DNA from: Callorhinchus milii
Taxonomy: Eukaryota
Assembly: GCF_018977255.1 (NCBI RefSeq)
Contig: NW_024704742.1
Coordinates: forward strand, 37,326,001 to 37,390,000
Direction of reading: 5' to 3'
Length of the DNA: 64,000 nucleotides
Under the pieces are notes generated by a model, which made no database searches, was not told where the DNA came from, and saw only the letters and a list, made by a program, of their open reading frames with translations. Positions 59,851 through 64,000 of the stretch are shown here, in pieces. Position numbers and translations under genes: made by a program. Position 1 is the stretch's first letter. Every line of letters starts with the position of its first letter.

Positions 59851-61369
59851 ACATGGCGTAAGGGGAAAGGGCAGGTAAATGAGAGTGAATGAATTGGTCT
59901 TTTAAAGAGTCAGCATAGACACCATGGGTGGGCCGAAAGACCTTTTTTTAATACTGTAAATTTCTATGGTTCTATGAGCAGTTTTGCAAATTCCAAATCC
60001 TGCAAGACCTGGCATGAAGTCAATCTGCAGCTCACAAGGGATTGCTGGAATAAAGGTAGACAGTCCAAAAGTAAGCAGCTAATAGCTGGCAACTCTATTT
60101 GATTGACAGCTTCTGAGGCCTTCAGAAAAACAATTGGAGGAAGAGCTCCAAAACACCAGGAGCTCACATTTTCAGACTCCCAATCACTAAATATAAAAAG
60201 GATAGAAGTGCAGTATATTTCCCTTGGACTCCCACTGTTTCCCTTTTTTTTAAACTTCCTAAAGTTAGTACGGTAGATCAGATTTCCATATGTGTTGGCA
60301 GTATTTCAGTTAATGTGTGAGCCTGGACAATGAATGTTGAACCATTCTTTGTACATATGGAACAGAGGAAAACGAAAACGTTCAGCCCTTCGAACTTTTC
60401 CATCAATGTATTAGATTGTGGAAAATCTTTTAACCCCAATGGTCTGCCCTCTCACTTTACACGTTAATACATCTACTACACAAATATGAAGAGGTGTTGG
60501 AGGTGGGATGGATAAAATCAGACAAATCAAATTCTGTCCATATGCATGTACTTTCCCATAGTTGTCACTGGATAGCAATTAGATACTGCAGCCCTGGATG
60601 GCATTTCTCCTCTTTGATCTAGGATTCATGTTTACTGTATTCCTTTCTTCAACACTGCCCTTGCTGAGATAAACCAACTCAATAACATCCAGTAGCCTAC
60701 TTGGTTGGCCTCAATGTACCTACTGAGTCATCAGAGAAACTCTGGTATGGTAACATAATATATTTGCAATAGCCAATTGGAGTAACAATCACAAAATGTC
60801 TTCACCTTGAAACACAAGACACTGGAGTTAAGAATACTGACAGATAAATCACACGTACAGGGAGCCTGACCTAGTTCTTAAATCAAGCTTGAAAGGACAA
60901 CATGTAAATCCAGTTGGTCAAGGTAACAGTTGAAATCGTTTTTATAGGATTACACATGAAAAGTGGGGAAAATGTTTTATTCTGCAATGCTTTGGAACAG
61001 GATTATAGGCAGCATCAATATCAAACTCTACTAAGATCTCCATCAGATGCTTCTCAGAATAAATTACTGAGTTCCAGTTCGCTATGAGAATACAAAAAAA
61101 GGATAGAATGATGACCTTAAAATCAACAAAAGAGCAGACTGTAGTACTGGAAACAACACAAGGAAATAATACTACACAGTTCACAGAGTTGGTCAAGAAT
61201 TTATGAACGTGCAGGTGGCTTTGTAAAAACTGTATTTGTAAGGTAACATAAATACAGACAAAAGGAAAGGTTAAACAGAATACCTGAAACTTGAAGTAAC
61301 AGGGAATTGAGTTGGTTATGTCATATTTTCTGCCAAAGAAACGCTAGTATTGAGTCAGAACTTTCAATT

Positions 61370-61800
61370 GTAATGCCCAGCCCTTTTGCCATCACCTTTA
61401 ATATCTGCACAACTCAAGTATCTGTCAATCTCTCTTTTAAACATCCTTCTTGATTCTTCCTCTACAACTTTCTGAGGCAGAGCATACCACATTTTCACAA
61501 CTTTCATTGTGAAGAAATGCTTCCTGATCCGAGTTGTAAGTACCTCAGTTCTGATTCTAAGCCTATGTTTCTTTGTAAAGCATCCCACTACCAGAGTGGT
61601 GTCATCCACAAAATCTCAATCTCTTCTTATTTCAAAAATTTCAATCAAATCACCTCTTAGCCTCCTTTACTGTAACAACGTGCTCCAAGTCTACCCAACC
61701 TTTCATTGAAGCTAAGATCCTTCAGCCCAGGTATTAATCTAACAGGCCTTAGCTGAACATGCTCCAGGGCTAGCATACCTTTCCTACAATTGTGTGCCAA
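61370..61800 (-). mobile_element. Old CR1 3' fragment
   Basis: RKHFFTMKVVKMWYALPQKVVE...FKREIDRYL. Confidence 0.8.
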
Positions 61801-61969
61801 ATATGCCTCATTAGGGGTTCTGGAGCTTTCCTTACATTTACCACTGGGAGGGTAATCTTTCTGGAAATATTCCTTAAGAGGGTATATTAATTGAGCAGAT
61901 CACAACAGATCAGCTTCAATAGAACGGTCTTGAACATTTTAGGTAAACAATAATCCAAATAGATAACCT

Positions 61970-62140
61970 ATAATGTCCTCCTGAACAGGCAGAGGAGATT
62001 TGATTTAACATCTTATCTGAAGGACAGCCTCTCGCTTGTGCAGCACTCTCCCACCATTGCACAAGAATGTCAGCCTAGACTATGAGCCCAAAGTCTCAAT
62101 GTGGGGCTTCAACTTACTTACTGTCTGACTCTGAGGCATT
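61970..62140 (-). mobile_element. Deu-domain SINE fragment
   Basis: cctgaacaggcaga...tttaacatcttatctgaaggacagc...tgtcagcctaga...gtggggcttcaac...ctgactctgaggc. Confidence 0.7.
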
Positions 62141-63284
62141 CTATGCTTTGTTGGGAAATGGCTGCAGTTTGGAGCAGAAAATCACGGAACCATAATAATT
62201 TACAGCACAGAAGGTGGCCATTTGGCCCATCATGTCGGCACTGGCTGTTTGAAAGAGCAATCCTTTCAGTCCCATTTACCTGCCCTTTCCCCATAGCACT
62301 TTTTTAAGATATCTTAAAGAGCTTTGATTTCAGGTATTAACATTGTTATTTTACCACAAACCAAAATATTATTCCAATATGTTTATCAAAACAAGAAGCG
62401 GGAATTGAGGAAAGGGAACTTTCCAAGTCCCCAAATTTCCTTTCAACAGCGTATCTATGCTCAAATTCTAATAGAGAGCCCAACTCGCTATAGACAAAAT
62501 TGCTGGTTCATTGTTGCTGCTGTGAGAAAGTGAAAATTATATTGAGCAGAGTTTTTTTTTTAGGAAATTACCTGGACGAAATTCCCCACCCATCAACCCT
62601 GCCCTTGCTAGGCTCTACTGTCTCCCCGTCTCTAAGCAGATCGATTTTAATATCCTCACCTATAAATCCTTTCACAACTTAGCACATCCCTATCACTCTA
62701 ACTTTCTTCTATCCTACTCCTCTGTTCACCCCACTCCTCTGATCACCACCTCTGCTCTCGGGCTTGCTACTTGTCCCTGGCCTTTCCGGCAACACAATCA
62801 GTGGCCAAGCCTTCAGTTACTACACTCCTAACCTCTGGAACGCCCTTCCCCTACCCCTCTACCTCACAGGGCTCTCATGTCTTTAAATCACACCATAACC
62901 CCTATTTCTTTGACCACATCCTTGATCACCTTCCCCTTACACCACTCTCTTGCTCAGCATCCAATTCAGACCCCGTGTAGTGCTCCAATATGTTATCCTA
63001 TGTGTGGGATGCTACATACATGCAATTTGTTGAAAAAATTTCCACTTCAGGAGCTACTTGACCCAGATTGTCTATTTCCGGCACAGATGGGGGAGGGGGA
63101 GTTGTTTAACATCAATCAAAAGACAGCACAAACTCCTCTCCATGTTAACAATGTCAATATGTCCACTATCCCTCTTCTTCAATAACTCAACTCCCCTTCC
63201 TCTTCAATAATCTGTTGACCCTCCTCCTCCTCCCCTAAGGAACTCCATTCTCAGGCTCATGTTCTTCTCCAGTGTTACTCTGTT

Positions 63285-64000
63285 GCCCCCCCCCACCCCC
63301 CCCCCCACCACCACCACACACACAGGACACATCACACATGCGCACACAGTCCAGGCCCACCCACCCCCCCACACACACACACTCAGTCCCCACATACACA
63401 CTCAGCCCGCGCACACACAGTCAGCCCCCCCACACACACACGCAGCCCCCCCACACACGCTCACTCAGCCCCCCCCAAACACATGCACTCAGTCCCCCAA
63501 CACACACAACACACTCAGCCTGCCCCCCCACACACACACTCAGCCCCCCACACACCAACATGCACTCAGAGCCCCCCCAAACACACACACTCAGCCCATA
63601 CACACACGCACTCAGCCCCCCCACGTACATACACACTCAGCCCCCCACGTACATACACACTCAGCCCGCACACACAGTCAGCCCCCCCCACACACACACA
63701 CACACGCACTCAGCTCCACTCAGCCCCCCCCACACACACACTCAGCCCCCCCACACACACACTCAGCCCCCCACGTACATACACACTCAGCCCGCACACA
63801 CAGTCAGCCCCCCACACACACACAGCTCCACTCAGCCCCCCCCACACACACACTCATCCCCCCCACACACACTCAGCCCCCACACACACGCACTCAGCCC
63901 CCCCCACGCACTCAGCCCCCCACATACACACTCAGCCTGCACACACAGTCAGTCCCCCACACACACACTCAGCCGCCCCCACACACACTCAGCCCACCCA
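63285..64000. repeat. CA/C-rich minisatellite, (CA)nCTCAG(C)n units, running off the window
   Basis: Dozens of cacacactcagcccccc units of variable length, with larger duplicated blocks (cacgtacatacacactcagcccgcacacacagtcagccccc at ~63646 and ~63772). Confidence 0.95.

Noticed and set aside
35200..64000. AFF1 coding exons expected from human synteny
   Set aside because: I found no segment resembling the AFF-family N-terminus by eye or in the ORF track, so nothing is called.

Overview
Vertebrate genomic DNA, most likely from a cartilaginous fish and probably a holocephalan. This is inferred from the repeat content: CR1 and L2 LINEs, Deu-domain SINEs and a very abundant tRNA-Ala(UGC)-headed SINE with an L2 tail. 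Two protein-coding genes can be read, both on the minus strand. The first is coding exon 1 of an SLC10 sodium/bile-acid/steroid-sulfate transporter (955-1316; best fit SLC10A6/SOAT). The second is a three-exon, 141-aa gene the ORF track does not assemble (11505-11444, 8506-8349, 6410-6205); it resembles mammalian C4orf36 and lies directly upstream of the SLC10 gene, as in human. A promoter-like island at ~34.9-35.2 kb has good splice donors pointing both ways, and a chain of splice-site-bounded segments may link it to C4orf36. No AFF1 coding exon was recognised. A large share of the window is decayed retroelements, including an ~8-kb nested stack at 21.8-30.0 kb (CR1s, L2, a solo LTR and a Penelope-like insert with hammerhead-like motifs). 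There are also two long fold-back hairpins at retroposon tails, four copies of a ~300-bp repeat I cannot classify, and two minisatellites. I see no prokaryote-type system (CRISPR, defence island) and no clearly new multi-gene system. The best leads are the C4orf36-SLC10A6 pair, the two-way promoter, the hairpins, the unclassified repeat and the hammerhead-like insert. Family and orthologue assignments rest on recalled consensus sequences and need database confirmation.
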